A stretch of DNA of 64,000 nucleotides from Ranitomeya imitator (taxonomy: Eukaryota): assembly GCF_032444005.1 (NCBI RefSeq), contig NC_091290.1, positions 12,586,001 through 12,650,000 of the forward strand, given 5' to 3'. The translations under genes were made by a program, and so were the position numbers. The notes beneath the pieces are model-generated. The model made no database searches, had not been told where the DNA came from, and saw nothing but the letters and a program-made list of their open reading frames with translations. Each line of letters opens with the position of its first letter. Position 1 is the first letter of the stretch. This document shows positions 49,501 to 62,589 of this stretch, in pieces.

Positions 49501-52500
49501 AAAAGGGTAAATGGGTTTAGAAAATCTGTTTTCATATATTATGAATGGTAGATCCTGTGTTATCAGCTGTATATAGAGGTGTTATCAGTCATTGTACAGG
49601 AGGAGGAGGTGAGCTGTGACATCACCTATTGTGAATGGTGGATCCTGTGTTATCTACAGTATATAGAGGTGTTATCAGTCATTGTACAGGAGGAGGTGAG
49701 CTGTGACATCACCTATTGTGAATAGTGGATCCTGTGTTATCTACAGTATATAGAGGTGTTATCAGTCATTGTACATGAGGAGAAGGTGAGCTGTGACATC
49801 ACCTATTGTGAATGGTGGATCCTGTGTTATCTACTGTATATAGAGGTGTTATCACTCATTGTACAGGGGGAGGAGGTGAGGTGTGACATCACCTATTGTG
49901 AATGGTGGATCCTGTGTTATCTACTGTATATAGAGGAGTTATCAGTCATTGTACAGGAGGAGGAGGTGAGCTGTGATATCACCTATTGTGAATGGTGGAT
50001 CCTGTGTTATCTATTGTATATAGAGGTGTTATCACTCATTGTACAGGGGGAGGAGGTGAGCTGTGACATCACCTATTGTGAATGGTGGATCCTGTGTTAT
50101 CTATTATATATAGAGGTGTTATCAGTCATTGTACAGGAGCAGGAGGTGAGCTGTGACATCACCTATTGTGAATGGTGGATCCTGTATTATCTACTGTATA
50201 TAGAGGTGTTATCAGTCATTGTACAGGAGGAGGAGGAGGTGAGCTGTGACATCACCTATTGTGAATAGTGGATCCTGTGTTATCTATATATATGATAGGC
50301 ATTATCAGGTTATTTCCCAATGATAATTCTTGTACTTATTGATTGTCTGGTGAATACTTACAGGCCGGATTATAGCAGAAGGCTGAACCGTAACTTAACG
50401 TATCATCACAGGAATTCTGTTCAAAAATCTTGCCGCTCACCTTTCCCACTCCCCAATTATACCAGGCAAGACTGATGGAAGAAAAAGTACCGACATGGTC
50501 ACACATCGCACATCGCACGGTGTTACTATATGACACATATAACATTATGCAGGATTAGAGACACATGGCAGCTTTCTAAAAAAAAAAAAAAAGACAAAAC
50601 CACAGTGCCCCAGCTGTCTGCAGGTTGTGTGCGGTACTGCAGCTATGCTCCATTCACTTCAATGGAGACCAGACACAAACTGTGGATCGAGGTGGTGCTG
50701 TTTGTGGACGAGGGCAGCCAAGTTTTTTCCCTAATTCAAGCAAACGTGTTGCTTTTGAAAAGAATGGTTGAAAAGTTACGGCAACAGCAAAAGTTTGTTG
50801 CATTTTTAGAATAAATCCGTTTTATTAAGACATTTGGAGAGAAGATGCCAGAGTTACGTTTTTGTTGACAACAAGAAGTCCGGCCATATCAGTTCTTAGG
50901 CTCACGGCTGTGACTTGTTACTGTACATCTATCTGAGATACATCCTGAGGGTCTCAGTAGTTCTAGGAGTCATGAACCAGGAGGATCAGGATGAACAGCA
51001 CAAAATACCTCCCATTTGCACTCAATGGATCACATCTTACCTACTGTTTGCCATGAGACCTTTATTCTCCTCCATCTCCTCTTTGGTGGCTATGGTGAGT
51101 CCGCTGCCTGTGCAGGTTTTGCTGGCGTTTTCATAGGATGGGACAAGACCGGTAGGTATAGGAAGTATCTGAATCATCCCTGAATGTATGGAAAGGACCA
51201 AATTTCATCATTACGTCATACATGAACTGATTCGCTGTGCTCATACTGGTCTGCCGTGCTCATACTGGTCCGCTGTGCTCATACTGGTCTGCTGTGCTCA
51301 TACTGGTCTGCTGTGCTCAAACTGGTCCACTGCAATCAAACTGGTCTGCTGCAATCAAACTGGTCCGCTGTGCTGGTCGGCTGCACTCCAATTAGCCTGC
51401 TGTGCTCAAACTGGCCTGCTGCGCTCAAAATAGTCTGCTGTACTTAAACTGGTTTACTGCACTCAAACTGGTCCGCTGTGCTCATACTGGTTTGCTGTGC
51501 TCATACTCGTCCGCTGCACTCAAACTGGACCGCTGTGCTTAAACTGGTTTACTGCGCTCAAACTGGTCTGCTGTGCTCATACTAGTCTGCTGTGCTCATA
51601 CTGGTCTGCTGTGCTTAAACTGGTTTACTGCGCTCATATTGGTCTGCTGCGCTCATACTGACCTGCTGTGCTCATACTGGTCTGCTGTGCTTAAACTAGT
51701 TTACTGCACTCATACTGGTCTGCTGTGCTCATACTGGTCTGCTGTGCTTAAACTAGTTTACTGCGCTCATACTGACCTGCTGTGCTCATACTGGTCTGCT
51801 GTGCTTAAACTAGTTTACTGCGCTCATACTGACCTGCTGTGCTCATACTGGTCTGCTGTGCTTAAACTAGTTTACTACGCTCATACTGGTCTGCTGTGCT
51901 CATACTGGTCTGCTGTGCTCATACTGGTCTGCTGCGCTCATACTGGTCTGCTGTGCTTAAACTGGTTTACTGCACTCACATACTGACCTGCTGCGCTCAT
52001 ACTGGTCTGCTGCAGTCATACTGACCTGCTGTGCTCAACTGTTGAACTTGCCTGCATCTTACTGATCCCGATACATAAATAGAAAGTCTCGTGTACGATA
52101 TCAGCAGCACCAGGAAAGCGGACAGGTTGTCTGAGAAGATAATAGTTTTGCAGATATCTCCGTGGATGGACTCACCTGAGGAGCTATTGACACAGAATGT
52201 GGATCTGATGTTCGGACAGTCTCTGATCAGAACACCAACGTTATAATCAGCACACCCTTTAAATGGCGTCAGACGGAGCATGACAAGTCTCTTCTCCTGT
52301 GTCCAGCCCCACCTGGTTAGAATAAAAAAAAAGAAAAAAGAAAGTTAAATATCAGCTTTACTATATATTCACCCTGAAACAAAGCCTCCCACCTCTCATT
52401 GTTGCAAACGATAGAGACTTAGTGGTCCTCCGTCTCTAATAAGAGTGTCTTTTTAATCCAAAAAGTTGGATAGGACCTCCAGGGTCCCTGTGTCCGACCC

Positions 52501-55500
52501 CCTGCTCAATGCAGGACTCACTAAACCATCTGACAGGTGTCTGTCCGGCCTCTGTGTGAAGACTTCCATTGAAGGAGAACTCACCACCTCTCGAGGCCGC
52601 CTGTTCCACTCATTGATCACAGCCATGGTCATAAATATATTACAGGCTTTCCCATATTGTCGGCCATACTTACTTGCAGAGCTCGTAGCCCTTTGTAAAC
52701 GCAAAAGTGATATTCTCCAATGTCGCCAGTCTGCTGTAGTGCGCGGCACAGGCCACTTTGGCGCCATCATAATTAACTGAGATATTATTTGGCATGAACA
52801 CTCCGGAAATTACTGGTAGGAAAAAAAAAAAAAAAAATATTTACAGAATTGTTTTTTTTTTAAAATAGATGTTAATGAAAGGGTTAACAATGCAGGGGTT
52901 GAGTTAAATTTGCCTGCAGTGCCTCTGCAGGAGAAACAAAGCATTACAAGTTCCCATTGAAGTCTATGGACTCCCTGTGCAATGCGTGGACGAAACTGAA
53001 AGAAAGGAAGGTCCATGAGCGCAAGATTTATTACATTGATGGAGAGATGCTGAAATGCATATGTTAGTGTAGCGCCACACTTGGCTGTGTTTGGTATTGC
53101 AGTCTGATCTATAATGCCTGATCCAATCTATGGGCAGAAATGGAGCCGATTTATGGGGGACGACCGGCTTCCAGGACCCTGGGAATTGTACTGGCTGTCT
53201 TTTCTGTGCCGTACTCAACATTTAATCACCTCTGTGACCCCTTCGTTCTCAGGATCGTAGGGGGTTCTCTGATGTTGGACCGCCACTGATTGTAAAATGA
53301 TGGCCACTCCTAGCAATATGCTATCGCTTTATAAGATGGAAATATAAATGTTAACTACTTCTTGAAGTGTGACGAGCGTGTATGTTGGGAGTGGGAGTAT
53401 ACAGCGAGCTCAGGAGGGAAGCATACACCATTCACGGTCCATACCGGCTGTATTATACAGCCAGCACCTGCCTCTAACAGCAGCAACCGGAGCTAGCTCT
53501 GATTGCTGCTGTGTAACCACAGAGCAGAGCAATCGCGCCATGTAATTGTTACAGGGCCCATAGCATGGTCATTTCCTCCACAGGAGATTCTCACAAAATT
53601 AGAAAATCATTAAAACGTTAAATGTATTTCAGTTCTTCAATACAAAAAGTGAAACTCCTACATTATATAGCGTCATTACACACAGAGTGATCTACTTCAA
53701 GTGTTTATTTCTGTTAATGTTGAGGATTATGGCTTACAGTCAATGAAAACCCAAATGTCATTATCTCCGTAAATTAGAATAATTAACAAAAACCACCTGC
53801 AAATGCTTCCTAAGCGTTTATAAAGGTCCCTTAGTCTGTTTCAGTAGCTCCACAATCATGGGGAAGACTGCTGACCTGACAGATAGCCAGAAGGCGTCAT
53901 TGACACACATGGAATAGATCACCCTGTTTGTAACATATAATACTACTATAATATATGAGTTTCACTTTTTGTATTGAAGAACTGAAATTAAATTAATGTT
54001 ATCTTGATATTCTAATTTTGTGAGAAGCACCTGTATATACTGCAACACAGTGATATCACAGTATAGAGAATAACTAATCAAAAACAACTTCAGGTCCCAT
54101 AAGGGAACTTAAAACTGAATTAGGTTTGGGGCCTTTTTATCCCGGGGGTGGGGGAGGTCTGTGATGACCCGTGACGGGTCCCCGTTTTTGCATTTTCTAC
54201 AAAGTCTCCATTGCTTTAGGTACGGAGTATATAAACACAGAGATGCAAGGTTATTAGACAGGAACATAATATATAGACGAGAGGTAATAAGTGTATAAAA
54301 CACAGGAGCACGCCTTTAAGAAGTTACCCTTAAATGGATTGTAGCTGGCTGATGCGGAGTGGGGTTGCAGTATTGTTAGTGAGGTGGAGAAGGCGGGTTT
54401 ATTTTGTAAACCATTCTGTATATTGCAAATGCCCTTGGCTCTAATGCAAAATCTATAAAGGGGGCCGCACCCGCCATGTGCCACTTACAGCACTGGATTT
54501 TTTTATGTGCTGACATACCACTTGGACCCCAGGAAGAACCAATTATAAGGGGGCCACTAACACCCCCAAAGCAGGTAGAAATGTGCATTATGAGGAGCTA
54601 CTGGACTGCAAAGGGGCCCATGTATTGTTTTTGTACAGGGGCCTCTTCTATCCGTGTCAGCCAGTGTGTAGAGGGGCTTTTAGGCCCCCTCTGCTTGAAT
54701 TGTTAACTCTTCCCTCAATATAGCATAGCCCCCCCGGTTAAAGCCACAGTTGCCAATGTATGGTAGAAGAAAGCACAAATGTGCTAGTCAGAAGGCTACG
54801 GTAGAAGAAAGCACAGATGTGCTAGTCAGAAGGCTACGGTAGAAGAAAGCACAAATGTGCTGGTCAGAGGGCTACGGTAGAAGAAAGCACAGATGTGCCA
54901 GTCAGAGGGCTACGGTAGAAGAAAGCACAGATGTGCCAGTCAGAGGGCTACGGTAGAAGAAAGCACAAATGTGCTAGTCAGAAGGCTACGGTAGAAGAAA
55001 GCACAGATGTGCCAGTCAGAGGGCTACGGTAGAAGAAAGCACAGATGTGCCAGTCAGAGGGCTACGGTAGAAGAAAGCACAGATGTGCCAGTCAGAGGGC
55101 TACGGTAGAAGAAAGCACAGATCTGCCAGTCAGAGGGCTACGGTAGAAGAAAGCACAGATCTGCCAGTCAGAGGGCTACGGTAGAAGAAAGCACAGATCT
55201 GCCAGTCAGAGGGCTACGGTAGAAGAAAGCACAAATGTGCCAGTCAGAGGGCTACGGTAGAAGAAAGCACAAATGTGCCAGTCAGAGGGCTACGGTAGAA
55301 GAAAGCACAGATGTGCCAGTCAGAGGGCTACGGTAGAAGAAAGCACAGATCTGCCAGTCAGAGGGCTACGGTAGAAGAAAGCACAGATGTGCCAGTCAGA
55401 GGGCTACGGTAGAAGAAAGCACAGATCTGCCAGTCAGAGGGCTACGGTAGAAGAAAGCACAGATCTGCCAGTCAGAGGGCTACGGTAGAAGAAAGCACAA

Positions 55501-56194
55501 ATGTGCCAGTCAGAGGGCTACGGTAGAAGAAAGCACAGATCTGCCGGTCAGAGGGCTACGGTAGAAGAAAGCACAAATGTGTTGGTCAGAGGGCTACGGT
55601 AGAAGAAAGCACAGATGTGCCGGTCAGAGGGCTACGGTAGAAGAAAGCACAAATGTGTTGGTCAGAGGGCTACGGTAGAAGAAAGCACAGATCTGCCAGT
55701 CAGAGGGCTACGGTAGAAGAAAGCACAGATGTGCCGGTCAGAGGGCTACGGTAGAAGAAAGCACAAATGTGTTGGTCAGAGGGCTACGGTAGAAGAAAGC
55801 ACAGATGTGCCAGTCAGAGGGCTATGGTAGAAGAAAGCACAAATGTGCTAGTCAGAGGGCTACGGTAGAAGAAAGCACAGATGTGCAAGTCAGAGGGCTA
55901 CGGTAGAAGAAAGCACAGATGTGCCAGTCAGAGGGCTACGGTAGAAGAAAGCACAGATGTGCTGGTCAGAGGGCTACGGTAGAAGAAAGCACAAATGTGC
56001 CAGTCAGAGGGCTACGGTAGAAGAAAGCACAGATGTGCCAGTCAGAGGGCTACGGTAGAAGAAAGCACAGAAGTGCCAGACAGAGGGCTAAGGCCAAGAC
56101 CTGGTGGGATCGGCTCACCTTGTATGGGGTCTGCAGAAGATGAGATTCCGATGACCGAGATGAGAACGCAGAGGTGTAAGGTTTGGTGGATCAT
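46321..56194 (-). CDS. Tandem Link-module type I membrane receptor, CD44/LYVE1 family-like; 8 coding exons, 316 aa
   Basis: join(complement) 56194-56119, 52812-52674, 52312-52176, 51179-51041, 50471-50362, 48908-48876, 46939-46861, 46558-46321 = 951 nt. All introns are GT-AG, phases 1,2,1,2,1,1,2, with no internal stop. Protein: MIHQTLHLCVLISVIGISSSADPIQVISGVFMPNNISVNYDGAKVACAAHYSRLATLENITFAFTKGYELCKWGWTQEKRLVMLRLTPFKGCADYNVGVLIRDCPNIRSTFCVNSSSGMIQILPIPTGLVPSYENASKTCTGSGLTIATKEEMEENKGLMANSSLAWYNWGVGKVSGKIFEQNSCDDTLSYGSAFCYNPALSDVLVIKDNRTWKKIAIGCIIAFIFVILLLAAAFMRGNKCICCMGEQRSHAPETTQVPVPTWNTTSIYRRISHASKDIVYDNMVNPAKRLPVIQPDLSFYKTHYSNMGFDTTGEE. Confidence 0.88.
46861..46939 (-). CDS. Link receptor exon 7 (transmembrane)
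   Basis: Acceptor cttcttgttatttacAG; 79 nt; WKKIAIGCIIAFIFVILLLAAAFMR; donor GTGAGT; phase 1-2. Confidence 0.9.
47263..48568. mobile_element. TTAA-flanked Kolobok/T2-like element containing about 6 x 187-bp hairpin repeats (Link-gene intron 6)
   Basis: TTAA at 47259-47262 and 48569-48572; inverted arms ctatatcgtcccgatc / gatcgggacgatatag and tgcagagaaatc / gatttctctgca; 187-bp period 47336-48495. Confidence 0.75.
48876..48908 (-). CDS. Link receptor exon 6 (33-nt stalk micro-exon)
   Basis: Acceptor ttttgttgtcttacAG; donor GTAAGT; encodes (L)SDVLVIKDNR(T); phase 1-1. Confidence 0.75.
49540..50290. repeat. 90-bp tandem satellite, about 8 copies (intron 5)
   Basis: Unit atcctgtgttatctactgtatatagaggtgttatcagtcattgtacaggaggaggaggtgagctgtgacatcacctattgtgaatggtgg. 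Confidence 0.93.
50362..50471 (-). CDS. Link receptor exon 5 (degenerate Link module 2, C-half)
   Basis: Acceptor tttttcttccatcAG; 110 nt; LAWYNWG...NSC...AFCYNPA; donor GTAAGT, phase 1. Confidence 0.85.
51041..51179 (-). CDS. Link receptor exon 4 (degenerate Link module 2, N-half)
   Basis: Acceptor cctttccatacattcAG; 139 nt, the same length and phases as exon 2; YENASKTCTGSGLTIATKEEME, resembling LYVE1 FTEAKEACRLLGLSLAGKDQVE; donor GTAAGA. Confidence 0.85.
51233..52040. repeat. 19-bp-type minisatellite (intron 3, between the Link modules)
   Basis: Unit actggtctgctgtgctcat with aaactggtttactgc variants. Confidence 0.9.
52176..52312 (-). CDS. Link receptor exon 3 (Link module 1, C-half)
   Basis: Acceptor tttattctaaccAG; 137 nt; WGW...KGC...VGVL...TFCVNSS, resembling LYVE1 YGW...PKC...VGVL...AYCYNSS; donor GTGAGT. 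Confidence 0.9.
52674..52812 (-). CDS. Link receptor exon 2 (Link module 1, N-half)
   Basis: Long T tract then cctaccAG acceptor; 139 nt; SGVF...AKVAC...LAT...GYELC, resembling CD44 GVF...AADLC...LPT...GFETC; donor GTAAGT, phase 2. Confidence 0.9.
53580..54034. mobile_element. Internally deleted Tc1-like element
   Basis: TIR caggagattctcacaaaattagaaaatc / gatattctaattttgtgagaagcacctg. Confidence 0.8.
54762..56090. repeat. 38-bp minisatellite, about 35 copies (intron 1, ending about 30 nt from the exon 1 donor)
   Basis: Unit ggtagaagaaagcacagatgtgccagtcagagggctac. Confidence 0.95.
56119..56194 (-). CDS. Link receptor coding exon 1 (signal peptide)
   Basis: ATG at 56194 in context gtcagcATGA; encodes MIHQTLHLCVLISVIGISSSADPIQ plus 1 nt; donor GTGAGC; phase 1 joins exon 2. 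Confidence 0.8.
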
Positions 56195-57478
56195 GCTGAC
56201 GGCCTCCGCTCCTAGTCCCGGAGATCTGCTGTCTGGAGGGATCGTGCTTCTTCTGATACTACAGGGAGGATCTGGAGCCAAACTTGTGTGACACAGACCG
56301 GCCCACACCCCTGGGGCAGAACACGGGGCTGTGACGTGAGAACGCACCCGCAGCTGTGTCATCAGCGTCATTCTGTACCTAAGAAGTCACCATGTGGGAT
56401 CTGTGACTGCAGCCATCTGAGATCCTATCACTGGATTATACCCTAAACCCTTATACAGCAGCCAGACCTGGAGATCAGTTTGAAGGGGTTGTCCCATTTA
56501 GAAAACCCCCTTAAATACACACTAGTCTGACCCTAACTTCTCGAACCTCATCCATTGGACCGAGTAGTTACAAAGAATGTCTCTCACTCTGGAGGAGACA
56601 ACCTGCTGATGTGAATGGGCACTGTGCAATGCCTCATTTCTCCAGCGGGAGCGCTGTAGGGAAATCGAACACTTGCATACTGATGAATTGTTCCAAAAAA
56701 TGGTGCATGTCTCTTTAAAATGAGAAAAAAATGTAGTCTATTGCAAAAAAGAGCCACACATCCCTTCCCAGAATATCCTATCCCCAGTGATTTCAGAAAC
56801 CCCAAGATCACGTCCCTCTACGGCGCTCAGACTCTAATGCTGCCACCCGAATATTCACTCTCTCCCAATGAATATGGGAGAAAGCTCTGGGTATCGATGG
56901 ATTATTTAACACTTGTCAGGTACATCCTAAGACATTTGATTCATCAGCCGTAAAGTATTTAAGGCTCAGCCATGTTGTACCGGGTCCTTGTATGAAGCAT
57001 TCCTCCTGACGCACGCGGTGGTTAGACACCTGGGCCGAGGTCACATTCTGTACCGTGTCCCACCAACACCCAGATTCGGTGCGGCCCTGGAGGACGGACT
57101 TCCATCAGACGTCTGGAATCTGGTGGAACAAGTTCTGCAGTTTCTAGATCTAGCCTCCAGCGACATCATCACGTAAAGCCGTGCTCTTCCATCTGCGGCT
57201 GTTCAGTTACTGCAAACTACAACTCCCAGCATTTTTACAGTAGACAAGTTTCCATCACATCTTGGCGGATTCTGGCGTCTCATGATGAGAATAGTCATCA
57301 TCAGCTTTGTTCCTGCCATGATGGAAATGTAACAACACCCAATCATCCGTGGGATTTGTACTACTCTACCTTGGTCCCCTAAACCATTATAGGGCAATGT
57401 TAAATCCCCCCCGAAAAAAAACAACAACAATCCTTCATAAATTTTATTGAATTCCTGCCTCCTTTGTTAATTACCAGG

Positions 57479-58659
57479 TGTCATAGAGAAAAATTAAATC
57501 TATACAGACATCGCCGGAGAGGGAACATATCACCCTCACTTTGAACATATGAGATTAATTATAACTTGGGAAGTGAGAAAGAGCTGACACTTCAACCTCC
57601 ATTAAATTAGGGACCTCCTGCAGTGACCAGGTAATTACAACAGGGGATCTTCTCTGAGAACCAGACCAGACCAGACCAGCCCAGGATTCGTTTACACATA
57701 GGTAGAGAAGTAAAACTTCCAGTGTAAGAGCTTCCTCTGTTCAAAGCACTGGTCCCCAGACGTTTTGGAGCCAGTGGTCAGTGATGACTATTGGGGTTTG
57801 CATCTATCCAATATTTATGGGAGATATATTTTCGGCTTTATAGAGAAGGGACAAACATAATGCTTTCACTCACATCACCGTAAGGCCATTCTAACCCCTC
57901 CAGCTTAATAATGTTCTGATGAATGATGCTATCCATGCCTTGTTTCATAGAGAGGTAAAATTGCAATAGGAAAAATGACAACAATATCTACCACCTGTGA
58001 CCTCCAGGGGGTGAAGATATCCCAAAAGTTGATGATCTCATAATTTTTTAAAACACCCAGCCCCCACATGAGTTCACCAAGGGGAGTTATGTGGGTGTAA
58101 CCTTGGTCTAATAAAAAGCAGAATTTGAGTTATTGAATTTTGTTAGTCCTGGAAGGTGCAGCTTCATGTAGTTCTTTCCGTTTTCCATAGGAGTATCCCC
58201 TTCCGCTAAGCTCTGAGCCATTTCTGTGACATCAGATTTAGTACATTTTCTTTTGTTATCTCTTTTATGGTATGTAACTGTATATACCTTATTGCTTTGT
58301 CCCTATTTTGTATCATCTTTGTATATTTTTATAAACTCTGCCTACCTTTCCAGATTAAATATATAAAATGTAACAGCTCTATTCCTCTTGCTCTGTAAAC
58401 CGCACTCCTGAAGCCATACACTACATGTAACAGGTGTCTGATTGACTTGTATAAATGATATATATATATTACATGTGTTGGAATTGGAGGTGTGTATACC
58501 ATACGCTCACCGCGAGTTCCTCAATAACCGGCCTAGGATTGGAAGCAGCCTCGGCCCCGTCCATCAGTCCTGACAATTCGAGGCAGCGGAGTTGCGTCTA
58601 CAGACAAACTGGTGGCAGCGGTGGGATCTGCCTGACTCCCCCTGCTGTTATCCTTGACA
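57479..58659 (+). mobile_element. Solo-LTR-like element containing a tRNA-Leu primer-binding-site motif
   Basis: TGTCA...TGACA termini; flanks cagg / ctgg; tggtggcagcggtgggat at 58610-58627. Confidence 0.55.
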
Positions 58660-60276
58660 CTGGTTTTCCGTTAAATGGGAGGCGCTGCTATTGATCATCT
58701 ACTCAAGCCCCCTGGGAGTCTGATTGATGGGGTGAATTCTTCCCAATGTCACCACTTGTTTAGTTCACGGCACGGCATACGCAAACTTTGTACAGTGCGC
58801 AGCGTGACGTTGGGAACATTGATCAAATCCCAGTGGGCTGAATGGAGGCTCCCAAGGCCACATTTACACATTCAAAAACTGTATTTTTTTTACCGATGTC
58901 TGCACTGACATATGCAATATGCTTTGATTATTGCAATTGCAACAATTGCTGGTGGGGTTTTTTTGGTATTGAAAAGCTGGAATTCTAAGATAAAAAATGC
59001 AATTTTTTAAACTTTTTTTTGGCTTCCCATAGAAGCCACCAGAGAAAAATGTGCACCAAAAAGCGCACTTTTCAATGTCTTTAAATGCACAGAGAGCGCA
59101 AGGTTTAAATGAAATCACATCTACGATGATTGAATGGTTAGTGCTTTTTTTGCAGTTTTTTTTTTTACCAACATAAAAAAAGTGTCAGTGAAAACGCAGC
59201 ATACATTACACGGCTTTTTCATGCATTTTTTTAATGCATTCAATTGAATTAAAAGCCTCAGCAAAATAGCTGAAAGCAATGATGTGGGGGTGTCGCGGGG
59301 TGGGTTTAAAAAAGAAAAAAAAAAGCTCCATAGCTCAAAAAGCATAGTGTGTGAATGAGATTAAAGAAATCTTTTATTTTACTTTTTGTAAAAGTTTTTG
59401 TTTCCTGCAGCAAAAAATCTACATGTGAACAAGCCCTTAATTGCAGATTTGCTAACAAAAAACAAAACACTCTTTTTTACGCTGCGTCAGAACAGGGACT
59501 TCGATTGAGTCTTCAGGGATCCAGTGCCTCCCACTTGACTGAAAACCAATAAGGATAGGAGGCGAACACAACTAGCGTTTTTTTATCTAAAAGTCTGCTG
59601 CAAGTTAGATTTTCATGCAAATGCTGCACAAAGTATCCAACGCTGTGGATCTGAACTCCCCAGCAGGTTAATCTGTGATTTGCAAACCAAAAAAAGTGAA
59701 AATGTGCCACGCAACTGCTACATTTCCGCAAACAAGTCACCACGGTAAATATCATGTGTGCGCACAATGCAAGAAAACCACAGCAAAAATCAGCAGGTAA
59801 ATTTTGCTGTGGATTTGTCTGCAGAAAAGGTGCAGATATGAGTATAAAATAATGCAATGATAAAAGGCGCGTGTGAATTTAGCCTGAAGGGTGACGCTGT
59901 TACATTTTCATGACGAGCCCTTTGCCCTACAGTCACATTGTGCCCGATGCACCGGCAGAACATGTCAGAGCGGTCACATCGCACAGGACAGAGGGGTGAA
60001 GAACACTTACGGCGTGCAAACACTCAGTAACCCGGGCCTTGTACAATGCAGAAGTCATCTCACACAGGGAGTGACAATGAGGAGGCTGCAGACGATCAGC
60101 GGTGGCCGGGCTCCTAGGCAAGAAGCACATTAATTACGAGCAGTTTGCAATTACACATTTTTTTAATACACGTTTATTTCCTGTGTATATATTGGAACAA
60201 CCCACACAAAAAAAAAAAAAAAAAAACAGAAGAAAAAAGGACAAATTGGACAATTTCACACAAAAACCCAAAAATG

Positions 60277-61620
<1,344 letters not shown>

Positions 61621-62428
61621 TGTAATAAAACACAAAACTCATCTCCCAGTGGTCACGTGACAGTGTTTGTCATGTGACCGCTGCAGCCCATCAGCAGCTA
61701 TTATAAAATAAGCAATTTATTGTTATGTCACATAACCAGAGACCGCACCACATCATCACTAAAAGCGGTCCAAGAAGGGAATACTTATTTTTAGAGCATT
61801 TAAGAAGTAGCTTCCCATCCGCAGACAATCCCCTTAACTTATTTTGCTAAGTATTGTTTTCAAAACTAGACAACCCCTTTATAAAAAACAAAACAAAAAC
61901 CTATATATAGGCTGAGTAACCACGTGACGCCTGCGGTATCCTAACTAATTGGATGTATGTGGCAGCGGTGACGAGATTCACCCACGTTTGATTTCTGGCT
62001 GCGATGGATTGTGCCCAGTCACTGAGCTCACGCACTGATGCAGAACCTCTTGTATCTTCACATTTGCTGAAGGCGTTAGTCCTCACTTCCCCAGGCTGCC
62101 GCCTTCAGGGTGGAGGCTCCTGCTTGACTGACAGTTCATATCTGCAGTATTGTGCTGCCAGGGTGAAGGCGCACGATCCGGACGTGGCTGTATGAGGTTT
62201 GCAGCGGTGACCCACCAGAACGACTTTGGAGCAGGATCCTTTCTATAGACCAGAATGGAGACGGAGCGATCTGGCCATACAAGGAGACCACACATGCACG
62301 AGAAATCGGCCCCCCAAGACCCCAGCTGGACACTGTACAAGGAGCAGCTGACAGAAGCGTCCGTTACTGAACTGCAAAGATGGCGAAGACCCCAGACCAT
62401 TTACAACGTGTGGATAATGAGTTTAGAG

Positions 62429-62589
62429 CAGTGTTCCTCAACAGCTCATGTTCTCAGGATTTCCTTAGTATTGCCCAGGTGGTCATTGCATTACCTGGAA
62501 ATGCAAGAATTCCATCACCTGTGCAATACCAAGGAGATCCTGAAAGCATGACCTGTTGGCGGCTCGAGGACCCGAGTTGGGGAGCACTG
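62429..62589. mobile_element. hAT MITE (161 bp), internally related to 11861-12044
   Basis: TIR cagtgttcctcaac / gttggggagcactg; TSD gtttagag / ggttagag; shares gatttccttagtattgc and catgacctgtt with the other MITE. Confidence 0.8.

Noticed and set aside
54254-54484. Possible first exon of the Link gene (phase-1 GTAACT donor near 54325)
   Set aside because: No in-frame nearby ATG or hydrophobic core. Exon 56119-56194 gives a proper signal peptide.
46321-56194. Calling the Link gene cd44 or lyve1
   Set aside because: It has two modules, no mucin stalk and an unrelated tail, so no symbol was assigned.
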